Shown piece by piece: positions 39,164-52,040 of a stretch of DNA of 64,000 nt (within the stretch, counting starts at the first letter, position 1; each line of letters begins with the position of its first letter). This DNA is from Zootoca vivipara (taxonomy: Eukaryota). The position numbers were made by a program, and so were the translations under genes. The stretch lies in contig NC_083279.1 in the NCBI RefSeq assembly GCF_963506605.1, positions 24,242,001-24,306,000 of the forward strand, in the 5' to 3' direction. The notes beneath the pieces were generated by a model. It did not search any database. It worked only from the letters and a program-made list of their open reading frames with translations, and was not told the origin of the DNA.

Positions 39164-39469
39164 CAGGGGTCCCCAGACTTACCGGGCGGTGGCGCGCTTC
39201 CAGGGTGGAAAAAGCGCCGAAAATCCATTGTGCGCATGCGTATGGGCCTCCCCCGCCCCGGAAGTGCACCAGAAATGACCTCTTCCAGGTCGGGAGAGGC
39301 CCATACGCATGCGCACAAAGGATTTTCGGCGCTTTTTTCCCGACCCGGAAGAACGCTGCTGCGCTGCGCGCCATAAGAGCGGGCGGCGGGCGGCGGGGGT
39401 TGTCACGGGCCGGATTGGCAGGCCAATTGGGCCACATCCGGCCCCCGGGCCGTAGTCTGGGGACCCCTG
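39164..39469. mobile_element. Young CpG-rich hAT MITE with long internal hairpin
   Basis: Perfect 16-bp TIR CAGGGGTCCCCAGACT, perfect 8-bp TSD GTTTAATC; CpGs largely intact. Confidence 0.92.
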
Positions 39470-39511
39470 GTTTAATCTCTCTACATAAGGTTGCATCTGC
39501 CAAACCAACCT

Positions 39512-40357
39512 AAGCGGTTGGAGGATGGATGGCGGCTAACAGATTGAGGTTGAATCCTGACAAGACAGAAGTACTATTTTGGGGGGACAGGAGGCGGGCA
39601 GGTGTGGAGGACTCCCTGGTCCTGAATGGGGTAACTGTGCCCCTGAAGGACCAGGTGCGCAGCCTGGGAGTCATTCTGGACTCACAGCTGTCCATGGAGG
39701 CGCAGGTCAATTCTGTGTCAATTCTATCAGCTCCATCTGCTACGCAGGCTGAGACCCTACCTGCCTGCAGACTGTCTCGCCAGAGTGGTGCATGCTCTGA
39801 TTATCTCCCGCTTGGACTACTGCAATGCGCTCTATGTGGGGCTACCTTTGAAGGTGACCCGGAAACTACAATTAATCCAGAATGCGGCAGCTAGAGTGGT
39901 GACTGGGAGCGGCCACCGAGACCACATAACACCGGTCTTGAAAGATCTACATTGGCTCCCAGTATGTTTCCGACCACAGTTCAAAGTGTTGGTGCTGACC
40001 TTTAAAGCCCTAAATGGCCTCGGTCCAGTATACCTGAAGGAGCGTCTCCACCCCCATCGTTTTGCCCGGACACTGAGGTCCAGCACCGAGGGCCTTCTGG
40101 TGGTTCCCTCATTGCGAGAAGCCAAGTTGCAGGGAACTAGGCAGAGGGCCTTCTCGGTAGTGGCGCCCGCCCCGTGGAACGCCCTCCCATCAAATGTCAA
40201 AGAGAAAAACAACTACCAGACTTTTAGAAGACATCTGAAGGCAGCCCTGTTTATGAAGGCTTTTAATGTTTAATCCATTATTGTATTGTATTTTTCTGTT
40301 GGAAGCTGCCCAGAGTGGCTGGGGAAACCCAGCCAGATGGGCGTGGTATAAATAATA

Positions 40358-40403
<46 letters not shown>
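39512..40403 (+). mobile_element. L2 LINE 3' ~0.9 kb (frameshifted ORF2 C-terminus)
   Basis: WMAANRLRLNPDKTEVL and HALIISRLDYCNALYVGLP..LQLIQNAAAR..LHWLPV are hallmark L2 motifs; (TAT)n tail. Confidence 0.95.
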
Positions 40404-43400
40404 GGCATTGCTAGCTACCAATGCCACGTGCATTCCCATATATAACACTGAGTCCAGAAGAACCTCAAAACTGCAAGCTTGTTTCTTTATGCAATCCCAT
40501 TTAAAACTGATCACACACCTCCTTCCAGTGCAGAACCCATTGTCTTCTCAGGACATCCTGTGAACTAGAAGCATGTGAGGAAGGGAACCAACCTATAATT
40601 AAGTTTTCATAGATTAATTATAGCTTAGACTGGGCAGTGGAATTCAGCCATCTCTGCAAACATGAGTACTTTAACTGAGCCAGTATAATCTATGAGGCAC
40701 CTTATCAAAACAATGGTTTGGAATTGTTTCAGGATATAATATTAATGAGGCTAAAACTAAATTATATGATTTAACTGTAATGACATTTTCCTAACACACA
40801 TGCAATTAAATTCATGGGTTCCTGATTCATAGAGCACGTGAAAAGGCCTCTTGTATGACTATCATCCATTTCAGAGCTTTAAGGGGGGGAAATGTTTTTA
40901 ATACAGTATGTCCATATTCATTATCCTTGGTTATTTAAAATGAGAAAGTCAGACCATCACAGAACAGTCAGTAAGAAGCACAGCCCTGATCCTAAATACT
41001 TGCTCAGGTAGCTGTTTCAATGCTAGTTTAATGTCATGGTTTGCAAAATTGCACAAGTGCAGGGAATTGTTACATCTAAATATATATTTCTTGGCACAGA
41101 AAGAGTTGGTTCACACATGAATGTATATCACTTGATCTCTCAGCACCTGCTGATTCGCAGCTCTGTGTATGAAATGCCTGCAGTGTTGAATTATTTGTAC
41201 TATGTATTCATTTCCCCCCGCTTTGGCACATATCATTTCTCTTGCTTTTCAACACCATAAAGTACCATTTGGCTCACTTAAGGGAGTTTTTACAAAACTC
41301 TTTGGTAAATACATATTTGAATTGATTGCCCCATTAACAAAAAGAATTGTTAGATAGAATTATATTTGAAGACACTGTCCATCAGCCGCCACAAAGCATG
41401 CTTAATTATTTCTTAGAAAATATTCGGTATTTTTCAAGCAGACAATAAAATACAATAAAATAAAATAAATGTAATCGGGAGGGTTTTTTTAAAAAAAAAA
41501 GAATAATTGGTATAAAAGTGTGTTTATTGCCCTGCTTTTATTCATGTAGATTTAATTAGCCAACACTTGACATGAGTATTTTAAAGTTATTAGCTAACAT
41601 TAATCCCGTCTCCCAATGGTGATCTGGCTCGGAATTGCAAAACCTCCAATGACACAATGATGAGCAATTTAAAACTCCCCCACCCTCTCTCTCTCTCTCT
41701 CTATCTATATATTTCTGATACTGAAACCATATGCTCTTCTACACACACACACAATTTCCTTTTATTCTTTTAACAATATGCTTTATCCAAATACCTACTA
41801 GATTTTGAATTAGTAGAATTTAGCTGCCGTCTCCTAAATTGCATAGACAATTGGTTAAGGAATAAAAGCAAAAGAAGAAGAAGGTGGTGGGGGGGGGGAA
41901 GGAGTTTATTTTTAGCAGGTGGTTGCAATTATACACACTTTGAGAGTTTCTATCCTCCACCCCCACCCCCCTTTTTTTGGACCCTGGCCTGTGCTCCCTT
42001 CAATCTTGTCAGCTGTAAAATGGGTCTCTTTTTAACCCATAATGGATCTGCGAGATTAAAGGTGAAGTCATGAATTAGTCAAAGTGACAGCCCAGCACGA
42101 TGGTCTGGGAGCAGGGGGTCTCCTTTTGTATTCGTCCACTCTGACCTCCAGTGCCACTCCACGTCTGTGGGAACCGGACAAGAAGAATGTTGGGGAGGAG
42201 TTAAAAAGCACGTAAGTGGCAGTTCCTGGTCCTGGCCAGAGAGGAGTTGACATTCTTTTGCTGGAAATATTCTGACATCATCCCAGTCATACCTCCTCAA
42301 CAGTCCCTTCGTTAGTTCTTTTGTGCTTAGCAGAGGAAAAAACAATAGGTCTTGTTGCAGGCATATAAAAGGGCGGACGGCAAATCTTTTACCCAGCTAG
42401 CTATTTTAGATGATGTTGCTTAAAATTTGCTGCAACGCCGTTTTTAATAGCAGAAAACTTTAGAGCTAGGGCTTTAATGGCTACTTGTTGTTGTTGTTGT
42501 TTTTAAACATCTAAAGAGTATAGAAATGCGACCCACATCTCCATATACCAAAGTCCAGAGGAGGGTCCTCTTCCATTGTGCGCCTACTACGGAGGAATGC
42601 TCTTCCTACTGAAATTAGATAGGCACCTACTTCAGGGTGATTTCACTGACCATTAAAGACCATCTGCTTTTCCATCCCTGACTTCTTGGTATGGTACCTT
42701 TTTTTTACTGACGATTTTTATTTCAGCGAGCTTTGTGATGTGCTTTATTATTGTCGCCAATAAAAAGCAGTATAGAATTTTAATTTTAAAAAAATAAAGT
42801 ATAAAGAAATACCATGGCTCACCAAGAGCATGTAACAACCCAAGGTCTCTGCTTGCTGCTGTGACCTTCCAAGCACAATTCAGAGTGTTTGTTTTTATAT
42901 ATAATAAACTTCTGCATAGGTGGGAACCCTTTATACCTCAGTAACCAGCAATGGGGGCATAGTTCAGCAGCACAGCACATGCACTGATGGTCCAAGCATC
43001 AATCTCTGGCAAGAGAATCAAGATTCCTACATGAAACCCTGCTCAAACCACCAACCTTCTGGTCAACAGCCACACACAATGACCCATTGCTCTTCAAGTT
43101 AGACGAGCCAATAACTTCTCATATGTCAAATCATGATCTCTGTGGTGGTTCAGTACATCCTGGCCACTTGCCTAATCCTGATTATAGGGATCTTCAATGG
43201 ACCTGGAGCTATTGAGCTATTCATTACTTATTTACTGATTACATTTATATACCTCATTTCCTCCAAGGCGGCATGTATGCCACTCTCAACGTTTTATTCT
43301 CATAACAACCCTGTGAGGAAGATCAAGCTGACAGATAGTGCCTAGTCTAAGGTCACCCGGTGTGCTTCATGGCTTAGCTGGAATTTGAACCTGGGTTCTC

Positions 43401-43693
43401 TAACTACTCAAACCACTACTGGAGAATGACAAGCAGTATGGTATCAGTAGCTGCATGTGGACTGAGGTGATTCTCTGATTGAGACTCCCAGTTACTCACA
43501 ATGTACTCTGACATCAGGGGGTCATATCCAACTAAGCTATAATAAGCAGACCCAATGAAATTTATAGACTTAGGTTTGTCAACATGTCTATTAACTTCAA
43601 TGGGTCTGCTTTGAGTAGGGCTAACATCGGATACAGCATTAAATGTGGGGGGAGAAAGCCCTAAGCTAACCTTTGCAAATGAAGTGTTCTCTC

Positions 43694-44672
43694 CAGGGTG
43701 GATAAAAATCAATGATTTTTTTTAAAAAAAAATCAAAAAATTGGATTTTTTTAATTTAAATTGGATTTTTTTGATTTAAATTGATTTTCTTGATTTAAAT
43801 CAGATTTTTTTAAATAAAATGCTTTTTGAGGAAAATATATTACCATCCAAAGGTTATTCCATCATGAAATAAAGATTAGTTTTTTAATTATGTAGAATAA
43901 GGTTGTATATGTTTAATTTTTTTGGTAAATAAATTCCATTAATCCATTCACAATGTCATGCTCTTCCAGAGGTTTTTGTAAGATTATTGGGCAGTTTCTC
44001 TGCCTACAAGATATGTTTGGTTTACTTTTGCAGTTCTCAAAACTGAATTTGACTCAACAGAGATCACATGCCTCTTCTTCACAGCAAAAATGTTATAACA
44101 TGAACAGAGTTGAGAAAAAGACCTTAATTCTATTGTTCTAAAAACCCATGAATACAGAAACAATCCCTTCAGTGATAACTTTCAAGAAGTTCAGTGAATA
44201 GAATAGAAACAATATTTTTCTGATTGTTTGGAGTGGACAGTATTTAAGTTTTTCATGTGTAGGCTGGGCTGACAGTCTAAGTTTCTTAAAATATATATAC
44301 ATTGTTTTTGTTTAGCCAAATTAGTTAACAAACATGGATGTTTGTTTAAGCAAATAACATATGCTGTAATGTTATTGTTTCAGTTGAATAAATCTATTTA
44401 AAGTGTTATTATTAAGGTAATGATTATTTTTCTCCTTCCTAAGTACAACTGTAAAGTTGTCCAAATATGAAAGATTAACCTATTAAACTGGGGATAAAAA
44501 ACTAATATGAAAAGTTGTTATTCTAAAAATTTTCATCTACTTGCATATTAAAGTTATACCAGCAAGAATTAGTCTTTATGTAGAAAACTACAGTATGATT
44601 TAAATCAAGCCTTACTGACTAGTGATTTAAATCGTGATTTAAATCAGTTTGATTTAAATCAAATCCACCCTG
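43694..44672. mobile_element. 979-bp non-autonomous hAT transposon
   Basis: TIR CAGGGTGGAT / ATCCACCCTG; perfect 8-bp TSD GTTCTCTC; arrays of subterminal GATTTAAATC palindromes; no transposase ORF. Confidence 0.9.
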
Positions 44673-45063
44673 GTTCTCTCACATTCTGTGTCCATATGGA
44701 ATAGGCAACGTCGATTCTTGAAAACCTGCCCATTCAACAGTGTTCGGGATAACTGCACTGTCAGTCACCAGGTGGGCCAGAGTGACAACTTTTGTTTTCT
44801 CTGCAAAGCCATAGGCAGATCAAAGTGGCCACATCAGGGGGGAGATGCTGGGAAACCAGGGAAACCTGTTGGAGGACAGAGCCATGTGTGCCATCTAGCT
44901 TGGCCAGCTTGCTTGCTGCCCTGCAGGTGTGGGTACCATCTTGTCCACCTCAACAGCTGCTCATCTTGGGCCAGCCTTGTTTTCCCCAGACAGCAAAGGG
45001 TTGGGGTTGGTTGGCTCTTGTGGTGCACTGGTGGTCCATAGCCTAAGCAAAAGACAAGTATCT

Positions 45064-45207
45064 CATAGCTCAGTTGGTACAGCATGAGACTCTTAATCTC
45101 AGCATCGTGGGTTCAAGTCCCAGGTTGGGCAAATGGTCACTATGGTAGAGGGTTGAGCTAGATTACCCTTGTGATCCTTACCAAATCTACAGTTCTATTA
45201 TTCTATG
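45064..45207 (+). mobile_element. tRNA-Lys(CTT)-derived SINE with CR1-type tail
   Basis: TAGCTCAGTTGGTACAGCATGAGACTCTTAATCTCAG..GGTTCAAGTCCC head, then CR1-like tail ending TTCTATTATTCTATG. Confidence 0.8.
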
Positions 45208-45834
45208 GCATGTCATTGCCCCAAGTCACTTGCAGCTTTAGCTCACAGTGAGGAAAAGGCGGAGTGTGTGGGACGAGAGGGTGCTAGGATGGATGGAAAC
45301 CTCTCCAAGATGCAAATGGCACTTTGTTATCTCAGGTACTGCTTTAAAACAGATGTTACCGCTCCTCCTAATACTACTATCAAGGCTGAAGCCAGCATTG
45401 TTGCTATTATGAACAGCATAGATTACAAGAAGTTGGCTTCTCTATCGGCTATGCTGCAACACACATGAAATATGGATTGCAGATTCCCTCCCCGCCTGCC
45501 CCCCTCCAAAACACATATATAATATTATATAGAATCTTGACATAAAAGTATTTCTGGCCAGTGCCTGTCATTCGTATTCTGCACATTTCCTGCGATTTGC
45601 CTCCAGCCAGGTCTGACACCTGTAACGCTTCAAATGATAATGCCACATCATGAAGACAAAAGGAAAGTGCATTGAAGATGCACCTGAATGGCAGAAGGAG
45701 AAGGATTCACATTGCTAAGTGTCGCTTAGCAACATGATATGTGAGGAATATCTATGAGAACCTACCATGAGTCTTGCTCTGACCACCCCTCTGTTTTTAT
45801 TTGAATATTACACCCTGATTCCTCCCACCCCCAA

Positions 45835-45845
45835 TGTGGAATTCT

Positions 45846-45899
<54 letters not shown>

Positions 45900-46258
45900 A
45901 AGGAAGAAAAGTGCATACCTACATTTTGATTGCTTTACTTACGTTAGATTAACCTGGAGAGTGAAGAAGATACTGAGACAGGAGGAGGGAGACACCTTCC
46001 CATTTCCAAAGAACAGGCTTGATTTCACAGCTTGCATCTGATTCCCTGCCCAGGTCTGCTTACCAATGTAAAACTTGTTCTAAATAGGCTCTCTAGCATC
46101 TACCTCCCTTGCTAAGTAAGGCTGCTGAGAATCCTGAAAGGCACAAATCCTGAATGAAAGGCACAAATACAGGATGGGAGACACCTGGCTTGAGAGCAGT
46201 ACATGTGAAAAGGATCTAGGAGTCTTGGTAGACCACAAACTTGACATGAGTCAACAGT
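45835..46258 (+). repeat. Left arm of inverted duplication (unique DNA plus CR1 piece); partner at 55397-55832
   Basis: Reverse-complement match read base by base; two substitutions outside the (GT)n tract; identical ORF-track peptides at both sites. Confidence 0.95.
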
Positions 46259-46769
46259 CACAAAATATATTTAGCTTTTTTAGCTGCTGCATCACACTGT
46301 TGACTCATGTCAAGTTTGTGGTCTACCACAAAATATATTTTGGGAGTAAAGTGAGAGAGAAGAGTAGGCTACTTTAATAATAAAAGGTAACAATATGTAA
46401 ATAAAGTGATGTAATATTTAAGCTTTCTTACAGGCCAAACCTGGATTCCATTGGTGGAAAATAACCACCACCACCCCAAAAAAGCAGGTTTTTTTCTACC
46501 ATGTCTTTCCCCCCTTAGTCCTGGGAATGGTAACTTTGTGAAGATATTGGTTGGTTATTCTGGACTTGAACTCTGTCACATTAAACTATAATGCACATAG
46601 TTTAATGTGGTAAACAGAATTCATGTTGAAAATAACCACTCGATATCCTCCCAGGGTAAGTTGTGGTGAGATGTTAGAGAATACACGAATGTATGTACCA
46701 TCATACAGATGGTTTCTGTCCGTAGCACACACATGGTTAGGATTTACCCCAGATATTTTAAAAGTGCAT

Positions 46770-47322
46770 CTTCTTCTTCTTTGGCGATCACTTGTATCCG
46801 AGTAAGATTGTCTTCTATGAACATTGTCTTAACAGTGAGTCTGTAGGTGACTGTGGAGGCCAATTCTGAATCCACACGTCCTTCCACAGTGGGGACATTG
46901 GTTTCCAAGTGGGAGTTGATCACGGTGTGAATTTGCCAAGCGTGCCTTCCTCTTAGCACGTTTCTCCCTTACATCCTGTGTTTGAGCGTCTTCAAAGCCC
47001 ATGACACCTTCGGTAAAGGCTGTTCTCCAACTGGAGCACTCGCAGGCCAGTGTTTCCCAGTTGTCAGTATTTATACTACATCTTTTAAGATTTGCCTTGA
47101 GACAGTCTTTAAACCACCAGCATTGTTGACCACCAGCATTACGCTCTCTATTTTTAAGTTCGGAATAGAGTAGTTGCTTTGGAAGACCATCATCAGGCAT
47201 CCGCACAACATGACCAGTCCAACGAAGTTGATGTTGAAGAATCATTGCTTCAACACTGGTGATCTTTGCTTCTTCCAGTACACTGATATTAGTTCGCCTG
47301 TCCTCCCAAGTGATGTGTAAAA
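46770..47322 (-). mobile_element. RTE-clade LINE 3' end
   Basis: ITWEDRRTNISVL..QLRWTGHVVRMPD..LPKQLLYSEL..CPHCGRTC..GLHSH; (GAA)n tail; TSD AAAAGTGCAT (46760-46769, 47323-47332). Confidence 0.93.
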
Positions 47323-47639
47323 AAAAGTGCATACACCTACTAGGTACCATACAAAAAACTTAAAGAAGGCAGCCCCTGTCCTCAGCTTTACAAAGATAAA
47401 GACCACTAAAGGGGGGGGGGGGAGTTGAAAGGAAAGGAAGGTCAACTGGCAAAATTCAAGGTGAGAAAAATAAGTTGAGGCACAAAATGGGACAGGAGTC
47501 AGGTGTCAGCTGGAAATGCTTTTCGGTTATATGAAGCTGCAAGGGAGGAGGAATGCAGCAGAAACTATAGTAATCCATTACTCAAATAATAAGGGGGCAG
47601 AGGGGCCTCATCTCCCTACCATTTTTAATGGCTACCCGG

Positions 47640-48400
47640 GCTTCTGTTTCTAGAAGGCTCCAGGGGAAGACATGTTTTGGATGAAATTGGTGTCAAGGTA
47701 TGGAGCCCATAGATCTCATTGGCACTTGCAAAGCTTTGCACATGGGGCTTCGGAAGACCCCAATATCAGATGATCACTGGTCCTGACAGGACACTATGCA
47801 AGGGGCTTTGCAAGACCATCATCTGTTGATCAGCTTATTGTTAGACATTACAGAATGCCACAAACATGGCTTTGCAAGACCTTATGATCAACTCATTCTC
47901 ACACCCCAGGAAATGGCTGTGACTGGTTGGCTAAATCAGGTGAGAGTAGCTGATGGGTCTCAAAACCTCAGTGAATTAGGGACTTCCCCTGTATGTGAAG
48001 ACAGACTCTGGTGGATTCAGCAGACGAGTCCAATACTGGGTCCAATAGTCAAGAATGTGGTTTCTGCACATGCCCTAGAGGGAAATGAGGGGCAGCTGGG
48101 GCTCATCAACCTGGGAAGGCAGCTCATTTAGGAGAAGGAAAACTCTGGTCCTAACCCTCCACTGCCTTGCGGGAAATCCTTGGGAGAAGAAAAGGCTGAG
48201 GAGTAAACCCTACCAGATCCACCCAGAACCACCCTCAGGTGGTTGGATAGCGTCTTGTATGCCTCCTTCTGACAACTCCTGCAGCCAAGCTGGTGCCACA
48301 TGTATTGCTCTGCTTTCCTTTGGACTACATCAGTGAGGCTGAGAGGGGGATCCTATCATCTGGGCAGCCCAGGATCTCCATACACACTGCCCAGGCTTGG
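47640..48400 (+). mobile_element. Probable RTE-type LINE 5' region remnant; related antisense fragment at ~14045-14220
   Basis: 48290-48400 is similar to the reverse complement of 14045-14165 (CTCCATACACACTGCCCAGGCTTG shared); family assignment from memory only. Confidence 0.45.
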
Positions 48401-48693
48401 GAACTATATGACAAAGAAAATCATAAAAGTACCAGATAGGAATTTTCCTGCCATCAGGCTATTATTAACCTGGTTCGTAGGTCTTCATACATGCACTCCT
48501 ATGAACTTTTTACATTTTCACTTAGGGAAAAAATCATTTCAAGAAGGTATCTTATTCAGATTATTACATTTTTTTAAAAAAATCAAGTCTGTATGAACTT
48601 CTAAAGTCTGTTTGTTGCCCCCCAAAAAAATGTTTTCTTAAAAGAGGTTGGTATGTAAGAGTCAGAAATGTATACTTGAGCATACATAATCAC

Positions 48694-48783
48694 CATAGCT
48701 GCCAAGTTATCCCTTTTTTACAGGGATTTTCCCTTATGCTGAATAGGCTTCCTCGCGAGAAAAGGGAAAACTTGGCAGCTATG
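48694..48783. mobile_element. ~90-bp hAT MITE copy 2 (opposite orientation)
   Basis: TIR CATAGCTGCCAAGTT; perfect TSD ATAATCAC. Confidence 0.92.
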
Positions 48784-49482
48784 ATAATCACTGAAGACAT
48801 GGGAGCCAAAGGAGTATTCAACTAAACATCCTTCCATTGTGCTTTGGAAAATTGTCATCTGACCCAACTAGGAACTGCCATGGCTATTCTTCCAATCGTT
48901 AAGGAGAAGAAGCAAACAAAAATTGCCCAGATCACTATAACTTCCACATTTCTGGTTATGAATACGTATAATTGTATGTTAATTTGTCAGTTAATTTGCA
49001 GCTTGTGCTGCAAAGCTTCCGAAATTCTGGCTGTGCTCATCTCAGGTTTGAATGTTCGAAATAATCAACTGTTTAGGGGGTGGTTGCAGTTTATTATTTA
49101 TTTATACAACACCATCAGTGCTAGCAAAGTTTTATAAGCAAAAAATGAAAATTAGCTTACAACATAATATTCTTTCCACCCAATCGTGGCGTGCTGGAAA
49201 GCAAGTGCTTAGAACAAAAAGTTCTGGACTGATATTGCCGATGGATCCCCAATGGATCCCTGATATAGCACTGCATGTTCACTGCTTAAAACTGGTACGA
49301 ATGCAATCAATCAATCAATCAATCCAATGCACTAGCAACCCCAACCATATGCCAAGCTGTGTTGTGCTGGAAACAACTCCTGTGACAACACAGTTGGCTC
49401 AGAGCACGGTGAAAAACTGAAACAAGGGAACACAGCATAGCAGAGACCTTCCATTTAAGCAGAAAATGACACTAGTGGCATT

Positions 49483-49573
49483 CATAGCTGCCAAGTTTTC
49501 CCTTTTCTCACGAGGAAGCCTATTCAGCATAAGGGAATTTCCCTTAAAAAAAAGGGATAACTTGGCAGCTATG
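49483..49573. mobile_element. ~90-bp hAT MITE copy 3
   Basis: TIR CATAGCTGCCAAGTT; perfect TSD GTGGCATT. Confidence 0.92.
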
Positions 49574-50546
49574 GTGGCATTGCCACTAGTATAGAACATG
49601 CTAAACCACACCTGTCCAATTTAGGCCTCACGCAAAATGCTGAGCAAACCCATTCCGTGCAATATCTCAACATTGCATATCTGTTAAGGGTTAAGTGCAG
49701 TTAAGATATGAAGCTTCCTTATTATACTGAGTCAGACCAGGGGGTCCCTCTAACTCAGCATTGTCTACAGTTACTGGAAGGGGCTCTCCAGGGTTTCAGG
49801 CAGGGGGACTGAGCCTGCAGCCTGGGCTGCACCTGCCCAATGCACGGGCAGCACAGTTAAGCCAACCTACATTGTTGTATTTTAGTGGTGAAATTGGTTT
49901 GGAATCCTAGTAGTTCACTCGATTAGGTTGTGAGTTGGGCTGTTAGTGCAGGCTATTGTTAAGATATTTTCCAAACAATTAACATTTCTGGTGGTGGGAA
50001 GAGGAAATGGAAATACTCATTTAACTAGATTCAGCGGTGCTCATTTAACAAGGCTGTCCATGCATAAACATCGAGCCAAAGAGAAACAGAAATACTCAAA
50101 GCATGTATATTCAATGCAGGCAATTTTTGATGACAGACAAGGTCCCCCCCCCCCCCAGCTGAAGTCGAAATCTTAAATGATCTTCTTCTTCTTCTCCTCT
50201 TCCCAAAGATTTTTTTTTTAAGACCAAACTTTCAGTGTCATCCATAATAGCAGTTCATGCCAAGGACTACTTTCTTAAAGCTGCTTCTCAAGTCTTGTGA
50301 TTTGCAGCAGCAGCAGCAGCACACACTTCTTATTACAGGATACATTATGCAGAAACCCTCTGCTCTGTGATGGGACATGGCAACCCCGCTGTGAGAATGC
50401 CGATCAGCACTTCTTTTAAGGCCTTTTCTCAATTGTCAGCAAAGTATTTTTTAAGGTTAAAAGGTGTAAAATTATTCTGAAATGCTTTTCTGACCTGTCG
50501 CCTATCACGCTACAAAAAGCTATAGTTCATTTTCTTCCCACCTAAA

Positions 50547-50583
<37 letters not shown>

Positions 50584-51918
50584 TGGAAATATAAGAAGAA
50601 ATCCAGTTAGCAGAAACAAATCAAATGGGGGACGGGGGGGGGCGACAAAAATCTAACTTTAGTTTCCCTCCCCTCCATATATCTATAGACAAATATATCT
50701 GTGGATAGATCTTAATAATTTTATTAAAGTGCAATCGCATTGCGATGCTTTTGGCCTTCTTATTCATGATATTGATTTTCCAGAACATTTGTTTCAAAGC
50801 TCAACTAATAGCAAAAATGTCGTTTTCTTTTCTGTAGCTTGTTATGATAGGATTCTGTGACACACTGCACAATGTAGTAGTCAAAAGGATCAACCTTATG
50901 AAAAAATATTCCCATAACATGAAGGCACAATATTCACATGATCCATCACTCTGCAAACACTACCTGTACTTTGATTAAAACAATGCCGGATGTCAGCAGG
51001 GGGGGGGGGGGGAGAAGAAGCCTTCTGTTCCCCAGAATTGTGGCTTGTCTTCAGTTCTCCAAGCTGCTTAACTCTAGATTTCCCAGGCTACATCAATCAT
51101 TTAAGGTCAATGATCCTATAATTTTTAATCCTAAACCCAAAAGGTTACCACATCCTATTGTCTGTAGCTTAGGATTTTCAGTTGTGGCTAACTTTTTATA
51201 CTTCAGTGTAATAGTGAAAGATTTTGAAAATCTCTTTAAGTTTCATGGAGTGTTTTATATAGTTGCATAATCAGCCCTATATGAGGCAACTCAACCTTGT
51301 AGTAAAGATAGCTACCAGTTTAGAACAAAAGTATCTGTCAGGCACCAAAAGCCTGATTGGCCTATTAAATGTATGGTGTGTGCGCACAAAGAAGCAAGTA
51401 AAGCTGGGGGGGGCGGGGGAAAGCACTAAGAAGAAAAGCTGGTTGGAGGGATGAATTCAGAAGAGATGACGAAAGCAGCACTGTGAAATGCCTTCCCCTT
51501 CTGCGCTGAGAAATGTTGCTGAGCTGCACAACTGATATATATATACACACATGCAGAATATATAGCATGGGAAGGGCATACGAAAGTAAAAGAAAGAGAG
51601 AGGCTGCAACACACATAACAGTGTCCCTGTATATTTACTATGCAGTATGAAAAGGAAGAGGTCTGCAATATTAACTGAAGCCAATAGTCCAGTTATTGAA
51701 ACTCCACAAGGATCTGATGCACGGGTGTAGTGTCTATGAAAGTGGGCACTGACTCCATAACATCAGCATTAGCAAGAGTTTTAACTGAACCCAACCCTCT
51801 CCTTTGCCCAAGTGCTGTGTTCTTGGGATTGTTTTTTAAAAAGATACAGGCTTCCCCAAATCTTAACTTTTCAGGCTTTAGGGCAGGAATCTTCCTCTTC
51901 CTCTCTCTCTCTTTAAAG

Positions 51919-52040
51919 TGTTGTTGTTGTTGTTCAGTCGTCGCGACTCTTCGTGACCCCATGGACCAGAGCACGCCAGGCACTCCTGTCTTCCACTGCC
52001 TCCCACAGTTTGGTCAGACTCATGTTGGTGGCTTTGAGAA
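51919..52040 (-). mobile_element. BovB LINE extreme 3' fragment
   Basis: Near-identical to 13388-13515; (CAA)n tail. Confidence 0.88.

Noticed and set aside
45064-45130. tRNA-Lys(CTT) gene (also 13900-13955)
   Set aside because: Acceptor stem missing or mutated and followed by a CR1-like tail; these are SINE heads
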